This document shows, piece by piece, positions 52,021 through 64,000 of a DNA stretch of 64,000 bases (position 1 is its first letter; each line of letters opens with the position of its first letter). The DNA is taken from positions 96,001-160,000 of the forward strand of contig CAVVMW010000015.1 of the NCBI GenBank assembly GCA_963749495.1. The letters are read 5' to 3'. This stretch comes from an uncultured bacterium (GTDB lineage: Bacteria; Verrucomicrobiota; Verrucomicrobiia; Limisphaerales; UBA8199). A model generated the notes under the pieces. That model saw only the letters and a program-made list of their open reading frames with translations. It was not told where the DNA came from and did no database searches. Made by a program: the position numbers and the translations under genes.

Positions 52021-53070
52021 CTACGGCATGTGGCTCGGGCTGGCCGGGTCCACGGTCCGGACCAAGCGGCGGGCGTGGCGGACGACGTAGCCCCAATCGA
52101 AGGCGGGGCCGGGGTCGACCTTGTCGGTCTGGATATGGAAGTGGCCGAGGATGCCCTGGTAGCGCCTAAGCGCCTCATCAGGCAGCTTTTGCCGAATGAG
52201 CTTTCCCGCGGCGTCCTTGGGATAATCACACTTGATCTTCGGCAGCACGGTGCAGAGCGTGGCGGTCAGCTTGACCAGCGAGTGGTATTGCTCTGGCGTG
52301 AAGTCGTATTGGACCAGGTCTTTGCCTTGGATCGTGCCGCGGACCGGCTGGGGCCGGGCGGGACGGCCGACAAATCCCTTGGTCCGGATCCCGCCGTCGC
52401 CGTAGTCCTCCGGCATGGTAATCCGCGTCCGGCCGTTGGACTCCCGGGCGTACCAGGCGCCCAAAGGGTTTCTTTCGGAGGGGGCGTAAGCGCCCACGTT
52501 GGCGATCTCGACGCCAACCGAGCGGCTGTTCGAGGAGGTGGCATGCCAAGCCCGCTCCTTGAGATCCAGGGTCTGGTAAATCGTGCCGTCCAAGTCGAGC
52601 AGGAAATGAACGCTCAGGTCCCGGTAATCCTGCAGGACCTTGAAACACTGCCGGCTGGTGCCGCAGGCGTCGAAGTGGATGACGAACTGATCCACGACCC
52701 GTTGGAGGGTCGGCAGGTCCCAGCCGCCGCCGCGCACGCGCTCGATTTGCTCGGCGCTCAGGCCACCCCCGCGCAGGTTGTAGCGGTTGGGCGACTTCAA
52801 GGCCGGGACCTCCTCCTGCGAGGTCTGCCAGCTCGATTGTCCGATCGGGCTGAACCGGCGCTCGACCCGGTAGGCATCGTAGCCGCCAGGGTCCATCCAC
52901 AGCACCACGCGCGTGCCCGTGTGTACGAACCGCCCGGCCACCACGATTTCATCGCCCTTGCGCGGGGCCAGCGCGCCTGGTCTATAAGTGCTGCAACCGG
53001 CCAAGCCGGCGATGGCCGCCGCCAGGCCAACCGCCGGCAAAATCGGTCGCGATCTTCTTCTCAGCGTCAC
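52021..53070 (-). CDS. N-acetylmuramoyl-L-alanine amidase (Amidase_2), lipoprotein
   Basis: Lipobox LAGC; FVIH, SVHFL..DGTIYQ..AWHA..NSRSVGVEI, GH..KVDPG. Start uncertain. Confidence 0.9.
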   Translation of the reverse strand: MTLRRRSRPILPAVGLAAAIAGLAGCSTYRPGALAPRKGDEIVVAGRFVHTGTRVVLWMDPGGYDAYRVERRFSPIGQSSWQTSQEEVPALKSPNRYNLRGGGLSAEQIERVRGGGWDLPTLQRVVDQFVIHFDACGTSRQCFKVLQDYRDLSVHFLLDLDGTIYQTLDLKERAWHATSSNSRSVGVEIANVGAYAPSERNPLGAWYARESNGRTRITMPEDYGDGGIRTKGFVGRPARPQPVRGTIQGKDLVQYDFTPEQYHSLVKLTATLCTVLPKIKCDYPKDAAGKLIRQKLPDEALRRYQGILGHFHIQTDKVDPGPAFDWGYVVRHARRLVRTVDPASPSHMP

Positions 53071-53156
53071 GAGCAATCCCGCGGCATTCACAAGACCATT
53101 TGGGCTGCGCCGACAGACCGCGTCAAGCCGCAAGTTCAGGCAGAACCAGGAAACTG

Positions 53157-53300
53157 GGAGAGGCAAAATCATTATTGGCAGAATCATCAGGAGGAGATGC
53201 GGAATGACGAATGACGAATGACGAATGACGAAGTGGCACTACCGCGATTGGGTCATTCGTCATTTGTCATTCGTCATTCGTCATTTGTCATTCGTCATTG
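53157..53300. repeat. Composite element: GGCARAATCAT block + (GAATGAC)x4 + inverted 22-bp core + (GTCATTB)x7
   Basis: Read directly; homologous to 49075-49200. Confidence 0.92.
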
Positions 53301-53355
53301 TTAGACCATCCCACTTTTTCCTTGCGCTGCGCGCGATCTTTTGCGGCAATCCAGT

Positions 53356-54279
53356 ATGCCGAAACAGTCCTGGATTATTGCCGGCGCGCTGACTGCGATG
53401 CTGTTGGTTGCCGCGGTCGGCTATTTGTTCTATTCCAAACAGCAGCAAATCGCCCAGGCGAGCGTCGAATTGGCGAGCGCCCGGACCGGGTTGGCCAAGA
53501 GCCAGTTGGAATCGGAGGGCCTGCGCCATCAGGTCAGCGACCACCAGGCGCGCCTGGCGGAGTTGGAGAAGGAGAAGGATTCCGCCCTGCAGAGCCGCCA
53601 GAGCCTGGAAGGCGAGATGCGCGCCGCGCTCGAGTCCAAGGACGTGACGATCTCGCAACTGCAAGGCAAGCTGACAGTCAGCATCCTGGACCGCATCCTC
53701 TTCGACTCCGGCGAGGCGGACCTCAAGCCGGACGGCGCCGAGGTGCTGCGCAAGGTGGCCGCCATCCTGGCGCAGCATCCCACTCTCAAGGTCCACGTGG
53801 TGGGCCACACTGATGACGTGCCGATCCGGCCGGCCGCGCGCAAGCGTTTTCCCAGCAACTGGGAGCTCTCGACCGCCCGCGCCACGGCGGCGGTGCGGTT
53901 CCTGACCGAACAGGCCGGCGTGGATCCCCGCCGCCTCGGGGCGGTCGGCTACGGCGAATTCAGACCCGTCGCCGAAAACACAACGCCCGAGGGCCGCGCC
54001 CGCAACCGCCGCATCGCCATCACGATCCTCTCCGAAGAAATGGCCGGCGCGGACACGGTCGCCTCCGCGGTGGCTGCTCCCCAAGCTCCGCCCCCGGCCC
54101 AGACCCCGCCCGCTATCCCGGCCACGTTTGTCATCCCCACCACCAATGGCACCAGCGCAGCCACCAACGCCGCAGCCACTATCACCAACTATCCTGCTGC
54201 AGCCCCCGCCACAACTGCCCCGCCCGAGACCCCGCTCCCGCCTCCCCTGACCCAGACCAACCAGCCGGAGGCCAAGTAA
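53356..54279 (+). CDS. OmpA/MotB-family peptidoglycan-binding membrane protein
   Basis: TM plus coiled coil; ILFDSG, VGHTD, SNWELSTARA, GYGEFRP, NRRI; Pro/Thr/Ala-rich tail. Confidence 0.9.
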   Translation: MPKQSWIIAGALTAMLLVAAVGYLFYSKQQQIAQASVELASARTGLAKSQLESEGLRHQVSDHQARLAELEKEKDSALQSRQSLEGEMRAALESKDVTISQLQGKLTVSILDRILFDSGEADLKPDGAEVLRKVAAILAQHPTLKVHVVGHTDDVPIRPAARKRFPSNWELSTARATAAVRFLTEQAGVDPRRLGAVGYGEFRPVAENTTPEGRARNRRIAITILSEEMAGADTVASAVAAPQAPPPAQTPPAIPATFVIPTTNGTSAATNAAATITNYPAAAPATTAPPETPLPPPLTQTNQPEAK

Positions 54280-54285
54280 GCCCGC

Positions 54286-55095
54286 ATGAGCGATGCCTAT
54301 CAGGTAGTCGTGTGCGGGAGCGTCGTGCCGGACCCGCTCCAGACGCTCGAGCCCACGGCGGGCTCGGGCGGTCCGGCACTGAAGAACGAGATGATGCTGC
54401 CGGCTGTGCTGGACCCGTGGGCGGCCCACGCGCTGTATGAGGGGGCGCACCTGGTCCGGACGGCGCCCGGCAGCAAGCTCTGGCTGGTGAGCCTGGGGCC
54501 CAAGGCCAAGCTCCAGCATGTGCTGATGACCGTTGCGCAGAAAGTGCCGTTCGAGTTCGTCGCCCTGGACGGTTCGGCCAGCGGGTTTACCGACGCTGCG
54601 GAGACCGCGGCGGCGCTGGCCCAGGCCATCGAGGGGATTCCCGGACTGGACCGCTCCAGGCTGCTGCTGTTCGGCGGTTGGGAATCCGCCTCGCGCGGCG
54701 CGGGCGCCACGCTGCAGATGGTGGGCGAACGGCTCGGGATCGTGGATCAGTTCCAGGGCGTGGACCAGCTCCAGTTAAACCCGGACGGCAGTTTCGAGGT
54801 GCTCGAGCGCATCGAGGGGGGGCGGCACCAGGTCTCGCGTTGCGCCGGACCCCCGGCCCTGCTCGGCTGGGCCACCGGCCATCTGCCGGAGCCCCGGAAC
54901 AACCCCCAGGTGGGCATGCTCAACATGCGCGCCGTCATGCCCAGCCTCCAAAAGGCAAAACCGGTCACACTCTCCGGCCATGGCCTGACCTTCGACTCCG
55001 TCTCTCTGCCCAAACAGTTGCGCGAAACTAAAATCGTAAAGGACAAATCACCCGCCGACATCGCGCGCGAGATCGTGGATTGGATACGCGGATAA
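54286..55095 (+). CDS. etfB: Electron transfer flavoprotein beta subunit (divergent)
   Basis: VVPDP, LDPWAAHALYE, SLGP, LLFGGWESASRGAG; paired with an alpha subunit. Confidence 0.75.
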   Translation: MSDAYQVVVCGSVVPDPLQTLEPTAGSGGPALKNEMMLPAVLDPWAAHALYEGAHLVRTAPGSKLWLVSLGPKAKLQHVLMTVAQKVPFEFVALDGSASGFTDAAETAAALAQAIEGIPGLDRSRLLLFGGWESASRGAGATLQMVGERLGIVDQFQGVDQLQLNPDGSFEVLERIEGGRHQVSRCAGPPALLGWATGHLPEPRNNPQVGMLNMRAVMPSLQKAKPVTLSGHGLTFDSVSLPKQLRETKIVKDKSPADIAREIVDWIRG

Positions 55096-56141
55096 TGAAT
55101 ATGGAGTCGATCCTGTTTCTCGCGCACACCGAAGCGGACGGGTCGCTGGGCACGCCGGCGCTGGAGGCGCTGGCTTCAGCAAGGACCCTCGCCCTGAATC
55201 TGGGCGGCGCAACGCTCATCGCCGGGCTGGTCGGCCAGAAGGTCCAACCCGCGGCGGATAGCATCGCCGACGGCGCCATCACCCGGTTCCTGTCCGTGAC
55301 CGGGCCTGAATTTGCCCAAGCCCGTTACGGGAGTGACGCCGCGGCCATCGAGGCGCTGGGCAAGGCGGCGCAGGCCACGCTGGTGATCGGGCCGGCCACC
55401 TCGCGCTGGAACCGCGTGATGGCAGGGGCGGCGTGGCGTTTGGGGGGCCAGGTGGACACGCATGTGACGGGGATCACGGCGGCCGGCAGCGGTGTGCGCC
55501 TCAATCGCTGGTATTACCGGCAGCGCCTGGAGGCGGTGTTGCAACGCTCAGAGCGTCCCTGGTTCATTGTAGTGGACCCCGGCAGCCACGCCGCATGGAG
55601 CGGCCAGGGCGGCGCGGCGCATGTCCAGAGCATCGCGGCGGACCTGCCCCAGAACTGCACACGCACGAGCGTGCTCGGCGTGCGCGAACCGGCGGGCAAC
55701 GCCCAGACCATCCGGCCCGAGGCGGACCTGCTCCTGGTCGCCAGCGCCGGCTGGACCAAGAAGCAAGCCGACGGCCAGGCCCACGTGGCGGAGGCCGAAA
55801 GGCTCATCCACGACTGCCTCAAGCTCACGCGCGCCTCGCTCGGCAGCAGCAAGTCCCTGGTGGACCTCGGCACCGAGGGCCAGGCCGTGCTCTCTTTCCT
55901 CACGCACCTGAACCAGGTCGGCCAGACCGGCTCGACCCCCAGGCACCCCAAGGGCCTGGCCACCTGTTGCCATGGCGAGGAACCCCACACCGTCGGCTGG
56001 CGCTTCGTCAACGAGCGCCGCGCCATCAACCTCGACCCCAACTGCGGCTGGGCCCGCGGCAAGGCCAACGTCCTCTACGTGGCCGATGCCTTCGCGGTGA
56101 TAGCAAAGCTGAACGAGTTGCTGGCGCAGAGTCAGGATTGA
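55095..56141 (+). CDS. etfA: Electron transfer flavoprotein alpha subunit (divergent)
   Basis: LGSSKSLVD, QVGQTG, AINLDPN..YVADAFAV. Confidence 0.8.
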   Translation: MNMESILFLAHTEADGSLGTPALEALASARTLALNLGGATLIAGLVGQKVQPAADSIADGAITRFLSVTGPEFAQARYGSDAAAIEALGKAAQATLVIGPATSRWNRVMAGAAWRLGGQVDTHVTGITAAGSGVRLNRWYYRQRLEAVLQRSERPWFIVVDPGSHAAWSGQGGAAHVQSIAADLPQNCTRTSVLGVREPAGNAQTIRPEADLLLVASAGWTKKQADGQAHVAEAERLIHDCLKLTRASLGSSKSLVDLGTEGQAVLSFLTHLNQVGQTGSTPRHPKGLATCCHGEEPHTVGWRFVNERRAINLDPNCGWARGKANVLYVADAFAVIAKLNELLAQSQD

Positions 56142-56209
56142 ACGGGAGATACCAGCGGGAACGGAAGCATGGAAACGGGTTCTCCGTTTCCTCCGTTTCC
56201 TTCTGTTCC
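56140..56209. repeat. 9-bp-unit inverted element (..GGAAACGG / CCGTTTCCT..)
   Basis: TCCGTTTCCTTCTGTTCCT is also present at ~46817-46835. Confidence 0.65.
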
Positions 56210-56227
56210 TTGCCGGATCAATGCGGC

Positions 56228-57139
56228 CTAAACCCGGGCGACGGGCACTTTGCGCACGCGGACCGCGAAATCATCAATCTCCTCGACCTTCTCGAAACCG
56301 ACGTTGAGCACGTCCACACAGCCCAGGCCCAGGACGAACCGGGCGGAGGCGTCGCGCTTTTCCGGGTCGTTGCGGAGGCGGCCTTCGCCGATGATTTTCA
56401 TGCCCACGACGGCCTTGCCTGCCGCATGGAGTTTCTTGAGGACCGGCACGACCTTGTCCGGTTCGTCGTCCATGCTCATCCGGTAAGGATTGATGCGGGC
56501 GTGGACCGAGTCCACCCAGGGCTCGGCGGCGGCAGCTTCGAGGGCGGCAACCGAGTGGCAGGAGACGCCGAGCGCGCGGACGCGGCCCTGTTGCTTGAGG
56601 CGGGCCAGGATGTCCATCTGCGGGCGCATCTCATCAGGCCAATTCAACAAGGTCATACAGTGGAGCAGGACCAGATCCAGGTAATCGGTCCCGATCTCCT
56701 TCAGGAACCGGGCCACCACGACATCGGCATCGGGGCGTTCCGGCTCCGGGATGCCGCCGCGATGGAGCCAGATCTTGCTCACGATGGTCAACTCGGCCCG
56801 CGGCACGCCTTTGAGGGCCGGGATCAGGAACGGATGCGTGCCGTAGAGGTCGGCCAAATCGAACATGCGCACCCCGCGCTCGTAAGCGCCTTTGAAGAGG
56901 GCCTCCAGCTTTTCCTTGCCCATGCGGGAGTGGTTCGACGAGCGGTTGCCCCCGCGCATGCCGGTCCCCATGCAGAAGCGGGTGACCTTGAGGCCGGTCT
57001 TGCCGAGCGGAACGCGCTCGTAAGGGTCGCAGAAGGCGCCGGAGTTGTCCGCGGCCGGCGCCAACCCGCTCCCGGCCAGCAACCCGGTGACGCCCAAGGC
57101 CGACTGTTTGATAAATTCACGCCGTTTGAGTCTCATCAT
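56228..57139 (-). CDS. Aldo/keto reductase with Tat signal
   Basis: LKRREFIK; LGKTGLKVT, FDLADLYG, DYLDLVLLH, RALGVSCH. Confidence 0.92.
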   Translation of the reverse strand: MMRLKRREFIKQSALGVTGLLAGSGLAPAADNSGAFCDPYERVPLGKTGLKVTRFCMGTGMRGGNRSSNHSRMGKEKLEALFKGAYERGVRMFDLADLYGTHPFLIPALKGVPRAELTIVSKIWLHRGGIPEPERPDADVVVARFLKEIGTDYLDLVLLHCMTLLNWPDEMRPQMDILARLKQQGRVRALGVSCHSVAALEAAAAEPWVDSVHARINPYRMSMDDEPDKVVPVLKKLHAAGKAVVGMKIIGEGRLRNDPEKRDASARFVLGLGCVDVLNVGFEKVEEIDDFAVRVRKVPVARV

Positions 57140-57225
57140 AACTGCTCACAGTTGCTTGCTTGCTTCGCCTTGTATATCCGCCAGGCCGAGGGGAGGAGCA
57201 AGATTTTTCGTAAGGGGATGCGAGC

Positions 57226-59902
57226 CTACGCGGGCGGCGTCTCCTCGGCGGCGGCGTCTTGCTGCTGCTCGCTGATAACCGGAGCGATGGCCTGGAGTTT
57301 GTCGTCTCCCTCGAGGTTCATCAGCTTGACGCCCTGGGCGTTGCGCCCGGTCTCACGGATGTCTTTGACGGGGATGCGCACCATCTGCCCGCCGGTGGTG
57401 ATGAGCATCACCTCGTCGGTGTCTCGGACGGTCAAGGCGCCGACGACGGCGCCGGTCCTCTCGTTGGCGTTCATGGTGATAATGCCCTTGCCGGCGCGAG
57501 ACTGGAGGCGATAGACCTGTTCCTGCGTCCCATCCTCGTTGGTCATGTCGAAGGGGGTGCGCTTGCCGATGCCATTCTCGCCGGCCACCAGTAACATAGC
57601 GTCGGCCACGACCACGGCCAGGGCGACGACGGCGTCACTCGGCTCGAGGCGAATGCCGCGCACGCCGGCCGCCTGGCGGCCCACGGACAGGACTTCCCCT
57701 TCGGAGAAGCGGATGCTCATGCCCTCGCGGGTGATGAGAACGACCTGGTCGTTGCCGGAGGTGAGCTTCACGGCGATGAGGGTGTCGCCCGGCTCGATGC
57801 CGATGGCGATGATGCCGGCTTTGTGGACGTTGGCGAACTTTTCGAGGGCAGTCTTTTTAACGGTGCCGCGCTGCGTGGCGAAGAAGAGGAAGCCCGGCTG
57901 CTGCCAAGTGAGGTCTTGTTTGTCGGGCCCGCTCCGGGCAACAATGCGGATCAGGGCGGCGATGGTTTCGCCCGGCTTGAGTTCGAGCAGGTTGGCAATG
58001 CTGCGTCCTTTGGCGGCGCGGCCCATGTCCGGAACCTCGTGGACGCGCTCGGCGTAAGCGCGGCCGGTGTTGGTGAAGAACATGAGGTAGTCGTGGGTGC
58101 CGGCGCTGAAGAGGTGCTCGATGAAGTCCTTGTCGTCCTCGGTGGCGCCTTCGCTGGTGGCCATGCCGATGACGCCCTTGCCGCCGCGGCGCTGGGCGCG
58201 GTAGGAGCTGGCGTTGGTGCGCTTGATGAGCCCGTTGTGGCTCAGGGTGATGATGACCGGTTCGTTGGCGATGAGGTCTTCGACGGCCATCTCGCCTTCA
58301 TCGGGCGCGAGCTGGGTCAGGCGCGGCGTGGCATATTTCTGCTTAATCGCCTGGAGCTCGGCCTTGATGATGGCCAGGACGCGGGCCTCCTTGGCCAGGA
58401 TGTCCAAGAGGTCCTCGATGCGGGAGAGCAGGTCGCGGTATTCGGCCTTGACCTTATCGATTTCCAGGCCGGTCAACTGGTAGAGGCGCAGGTCGAGGAT
58501 GGCATTGACCTGGTCTTCGCTGAGCGAGTAGCGCCCGCTGGTGAGGCGGGCTTCGGCGCGGATGCGCACGCCGTATTGCTCGACCTGGGCGCGGGTGAAG
58601 TCGAAGGCCAGCAGCTTGACCTTGGCCTCGTCGCGGGTGGCCGAAGTGCGGATGATGCGGATGAACTCGTCCAGGTTGGCCAGGGCCACCAGGCCGGCCT
58701 TCGAGGGTCTCGGCGCGCTCCTCGGCCTTGCGGAGTTGGAATTTCGTCCGGCGGATGACCACCTCGCGGCGGTGCTCGATGTAGCAGGCGATCAGCGGCT
58801 TGAGGCCCAGGGTCTTGGGCCGGCCGTGATCGATGGCCAGGGCGTTGACGGCAAAGCCGCTCTCCAGGGTCGTGTGCCGGTAGAGGTTGTTGACGACGAC
58901 TTTGGGGATGGCATCGCGCTTGATCTCGACGACCACGCGGGTGTTCTCGTCCGATTCGTCCCGCACGGCGGTGATGTCGGTGAGGACCTTCTCGTTGACC
59001 AACTCGGCAATCCGCTCGACGAGCAGGGCGCGGTTGACGTTGTAAGGGATTTCCGTGATAATAATTTGCTCGCGCCCGCTTTTGACTTCCTCGAGCAGCA
59101 CTTTGCCCCGGACCTTAAGGCTGCCGCGGCCCTCCCGGAAGTAGTCGTGGATGCCCTCCAGGCCGCACACCGTGCAGCCGGTGGGGAAATCCGGGCCCTT
59201 GACGTGCTTCATCAACTCGCTCAGCGAGATGTCCGGGTTATCCACCTGGGCGCAGATGCCATCGACGATCTCGCCCAGGTTGTGCGGCGGCATGTTGGTG
59301 GCCATGCCGACGGCGATGCCGGTGCCGCCGTTGACCAGCAGGTTGGGGAAGGCGGCGGGGAAGACCACGGGCTCGGTCAGGCGCTCGTCGTAATTGGGGA
59401 CGAAATCGACCGTGTCCTTGTCCATGTCCTCCATGAGGGCGCCGCCCAGGGGGGTGAGGCGCGCCTCGGTATAGCGCATGGCGGCGGGCGGGTCGCCTTC
59501 GACCGAGCCGAAGTTGCCCTGCGGGTCCACCAAACGCTCGCGCATCGCCCAGGGCTGGGCCATGTGTACCAGGGTCGGATAAATGACCGCCTCGCCGTGG
59601 GGATGGTAATTGCCCGAGGTGTCGCCGCAGATCTTGGCGCACTTCATGTGCTTGCGGGGCGGATACAGCCCCAGCTCGTGCATCGCGTAAAGGATGCGGC
59701 GCTGCGAGGGCTTCAGGCCGTCCCGCACGTCGGGCAACGCCCTCGAGATAATCACGGACATCGAGTAATCCAGAAACGAGTTCTTGATCTCGTCGGCGAC
59801 GTTGATCCTGGCGATCTTCTCGTTGGCGCCAAATGGCGGCGGCGTGCCGCCGGGGGGCGTCTCGCCGGGGGGCGTCTGGTTTGTCGAGTCAAGCTCGGGC
59901 AT
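57226..59902 (-). CDS. gyrA: DNA gyrase subunit A, frameshift ~58692
   Basis: [24 protein letters not shown] (catalytic Tyr), GyrA-box QRRGGKG, C-terminal pinwheel repeats. Confidence 0.96.
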
Positions 59903-59909
59903 AGGGGGG

Positions 59910-62438
<2,529 letters not shown>

Positions 62439-62832
62439 TCACCAGGGACACTTCGGCTGGTTCCGGTTTCGGTCGGAAAAGTCTATGAAAATCAAGCGTC
62501 AGACACAATCTTTTTTTGCGGTCTTTCCACAAGGGAAAATACCATTAGTTGTGGGCGGTTTCCGGGGCCAAACCCTATATATTGCGCTTTCCCGGGATCT
62601 CTATCCAGCTCACCACAATACCCTTCTTCGCCCCAAAATGCAACCTGCCTGACGGCCAGATCAGGCAGAAAAATGGGGGCAGAAAGATGAAGAAAACTCA
62701 TCTTAGCTCTGGCACAGGCTGAGGGCGGAGGATGAAACTCGCCCACAGATTGGCCCTGCCCGGCAAGCTTGCAAGCTTGCTTGGAGGAACAAACATGCTT
62801 GACAGTCCACCCCGTTGGCCTACGGTTGAGCG

Positions 62833-63093
62833 GTGCCTGAGATTGCGCGGTTTCTTGGGATAAAAATTATCATGTGGTTCAACGACCACGGCGAGCCGCA
62901 CTTTCACGCGCGCTATGGCCGGTGCGCCGCCAGGTTCCGCATTCGGGACGCGGCGCTGTTGGATGGCAACTTGCCCCCCCGGGTAGCGGCCCACGCGGTA
63001 CAGTGGACGTTGTTGAATCAAGCGGCGCTGTTCGAGGCCTGGGACCGGATTCGCCGAGGTGAAATGCCGGAAAAGATTAGAGGATTGGATTGA
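62833..63093 (+). CDS. DUF4160-family protein (putative toxin-antitoxin component)
   Basis: MPEIARFLGIKIIMWFNDHGEPHFHARYG; upstream TTGACA-N16-TACGGT. Confidence 0.88.
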   Translation: MPEIARFLGIKIIMWFNDHGEPHFHARYGRCAARFRIRDAALLDGNLPPRVAAHAVQWTLLNQAALFEAWDRIRRGEMPEKIRGLD

Positions 63094-63407
63094 TGCAGAC
63101 GGTAGTCAAAGTCAAAGTGATGCCGAGATTTCGGCTGAAGGTCACGTTCGATGACGGGTTCACAGGCCAGGTGGACTTAAAGGATCATCTGCGCCAATCT
63201 GATTGGCCCATTGCCCAACCGCTCAAGCAGCGGGACTTCTTCTGCCGCGCCCATGTCCAGGACGGCTCCATTGTATGGCCCAACGGATACGACATCTGTC
63301 CCGATGTGCTGCGGTTCTGGTGCGAGGTGGGACACGCCACGGGCCAGGCCGAAACGGATGCTCACTTCGCCACGGCGACACGAGCAGCAGCAGGGCCAGC
63401 CGCCTAA
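63093..63407 (+). CDS. DUF2442-family protein (putative toxin-antitoxin partner)
   Basis: LKVTFDDG..VDL..PLK..FF..IVWPNGYDICPDVL; coupled to DUF4160. Confidence 0.88.
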   Translation: MQTVVKVKVMPRFRLKVTFDDGFTGQVDLKDHLRQSDWPIAQPLKQRDFFCRAHVQDGSIVWPNGYDICPDVLRFWCEVGHATGQAETDAHFATATRAAAGPAA

Positions 63408-63587
63408 ATGCATTCTTGGGCTGGCACACCTGACGAGTCAGTCTTGCGGCAGGCCATGATGGCCTATCAGACGCAGGTTGTGCCTGACGGCCTTGGGCGG
63501 CTGCGGACTCGGCGCCGGAGCCCCTAGGCCTGCTCGGGCGAAAAAGCGCCTTGCCTGGGCGCACCTGGCAGGCTTAGGCTGCCGCCC

Positions 63588-64000
63588 ATGAATTCCTGCA
63601 CGCGTCGTCATTTTCTTCAGGGCGCCGCCGGCGCTGTTGTTTTAAGCCAGTTTCCGGCCGTGTTCCAGGCGGCCGAACCGGAGGGCGTGCTCAAGCTGGG
63701 CCTCATCGGCTGCGGTTGGTACGGGATGGTGGATCTCAAAGCCGCGCTCAAGCTGGGGGGCGTCGAGGTCATCGCCTTGTGCGACGTGGACAGCGAGCAT
63801 CTGGAGTCGAGCGCCGCGGAGGTCGAGAAGCTCCAGGGCCGGCGCCCGCGGACTTTCAAGCTCTATGAGGATCTCCTCAAGACGCCGGGCCTTCAGGCGG
63901 CCATTATCGCCACGCCGCCGCACTGGCACGCCCTGCAACTCATCGCCGCCTTGGAACACGGGCTGGATGTCTATTGCGAAAAGCCGCTGAGCTACGACGT
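63588..64000 (+). CDS. Gfo/Idh/MocA-family oxidoreductase with Tat signal, 3'-truncated by the window edge
   Basis: MNSCTRRHFLQGAA..LGLIGCGWYG..ALCDVD..IATPPHWH..DVYCEKP. Absent from the ORF track. Confidence 0.92.
   Translation, partial: MNSCTRRHFLQGAAGAVVLSQFPAVFQAAEPEGVLKLGLIGCGWYGMVDLKAALKLGGVEVIALCDVDSEHLESSAAEVEKLQGRRPRTFKLYEDLLKTPGLQAAIIATPPHWHALQLIAALEHGLDVYCEKPLSYD

Noticed and set aside
6971..53300. Repeat arrays as CRISPR
   Set aside because: Units are 7-12 bp, directly tandem and inverted, with no regular repeat-spacer period and no cas genes.
600..58700. Many split genes as true pseudogenes or programmed frameshifts
   Set aside because: More than 15 single-base indels are scattered without a common slippery motif and include essential gyrA, so uncorrected long-read errors are the simplest explanation; needs read polishing to confirm.
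62833..63407. DUF4160/DUF2442 and MNT/HEPN pairs as novel systems
   Set aside because: Both are common, already recognised toxin-antitoxin-type gene pairs.

Overview
High-GC bacterial chromosome segment. Gene content suggests Verrucomicrobiota of the Pedosphaerales/Limisphaerales type (inference): an ECF sigma plus Ser/Thr kinase-WD40 pair, a DUF1559-type prepilin, many Tat-signal enzymes and secreted proteins ending in F[FY]R. From left to right it holds a T2SS/T4P-like cluster (secretin, PilM/N, PilO-like, PilP-like, GspE), hemB, an FHA protein, carA, GH31, a HAF-type repeat protein, the ECF/kinase pair, a TPR-FkbM protein, a ~2070-codon Gly-rich repeat surface protein, cusA and a TolC-family gene with no cusB, a GNAT, an MNT/HEPN toxin-antitoxin pair and GH30. 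A decayed accessory island (~38.4-46.7 kb) follows a 3' tRNA-Gly fragment and contains an uncharacterised two-gene pair, two group II intron relics, an IS66 fragment and three copies of a ~50-bp junction element. After it come HAD, Tat-DegT, a membrane/spermidine synthase fusion, an amidase, OmpA/MotB, etfBA, an aldo/keto reductase, gyrA, gyrB, DUF4160/DUF2442 and a Gfo/Idh/MocA gene. More than 15 single-base frameshifts, one in essential gyrA, point to an unpolished long-read assembly. The most striking unexplained structure is a set of intergenic elements built from inverted arrays of 7-, 9- or 12-bp units around a short spacer. Two homologous copies (49.1 and 53.2 kb) carry the same 22-bp core in opposite orientations, which suggests invertible DNA. 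All assignments come from motif reading by eye; no database searches were run.
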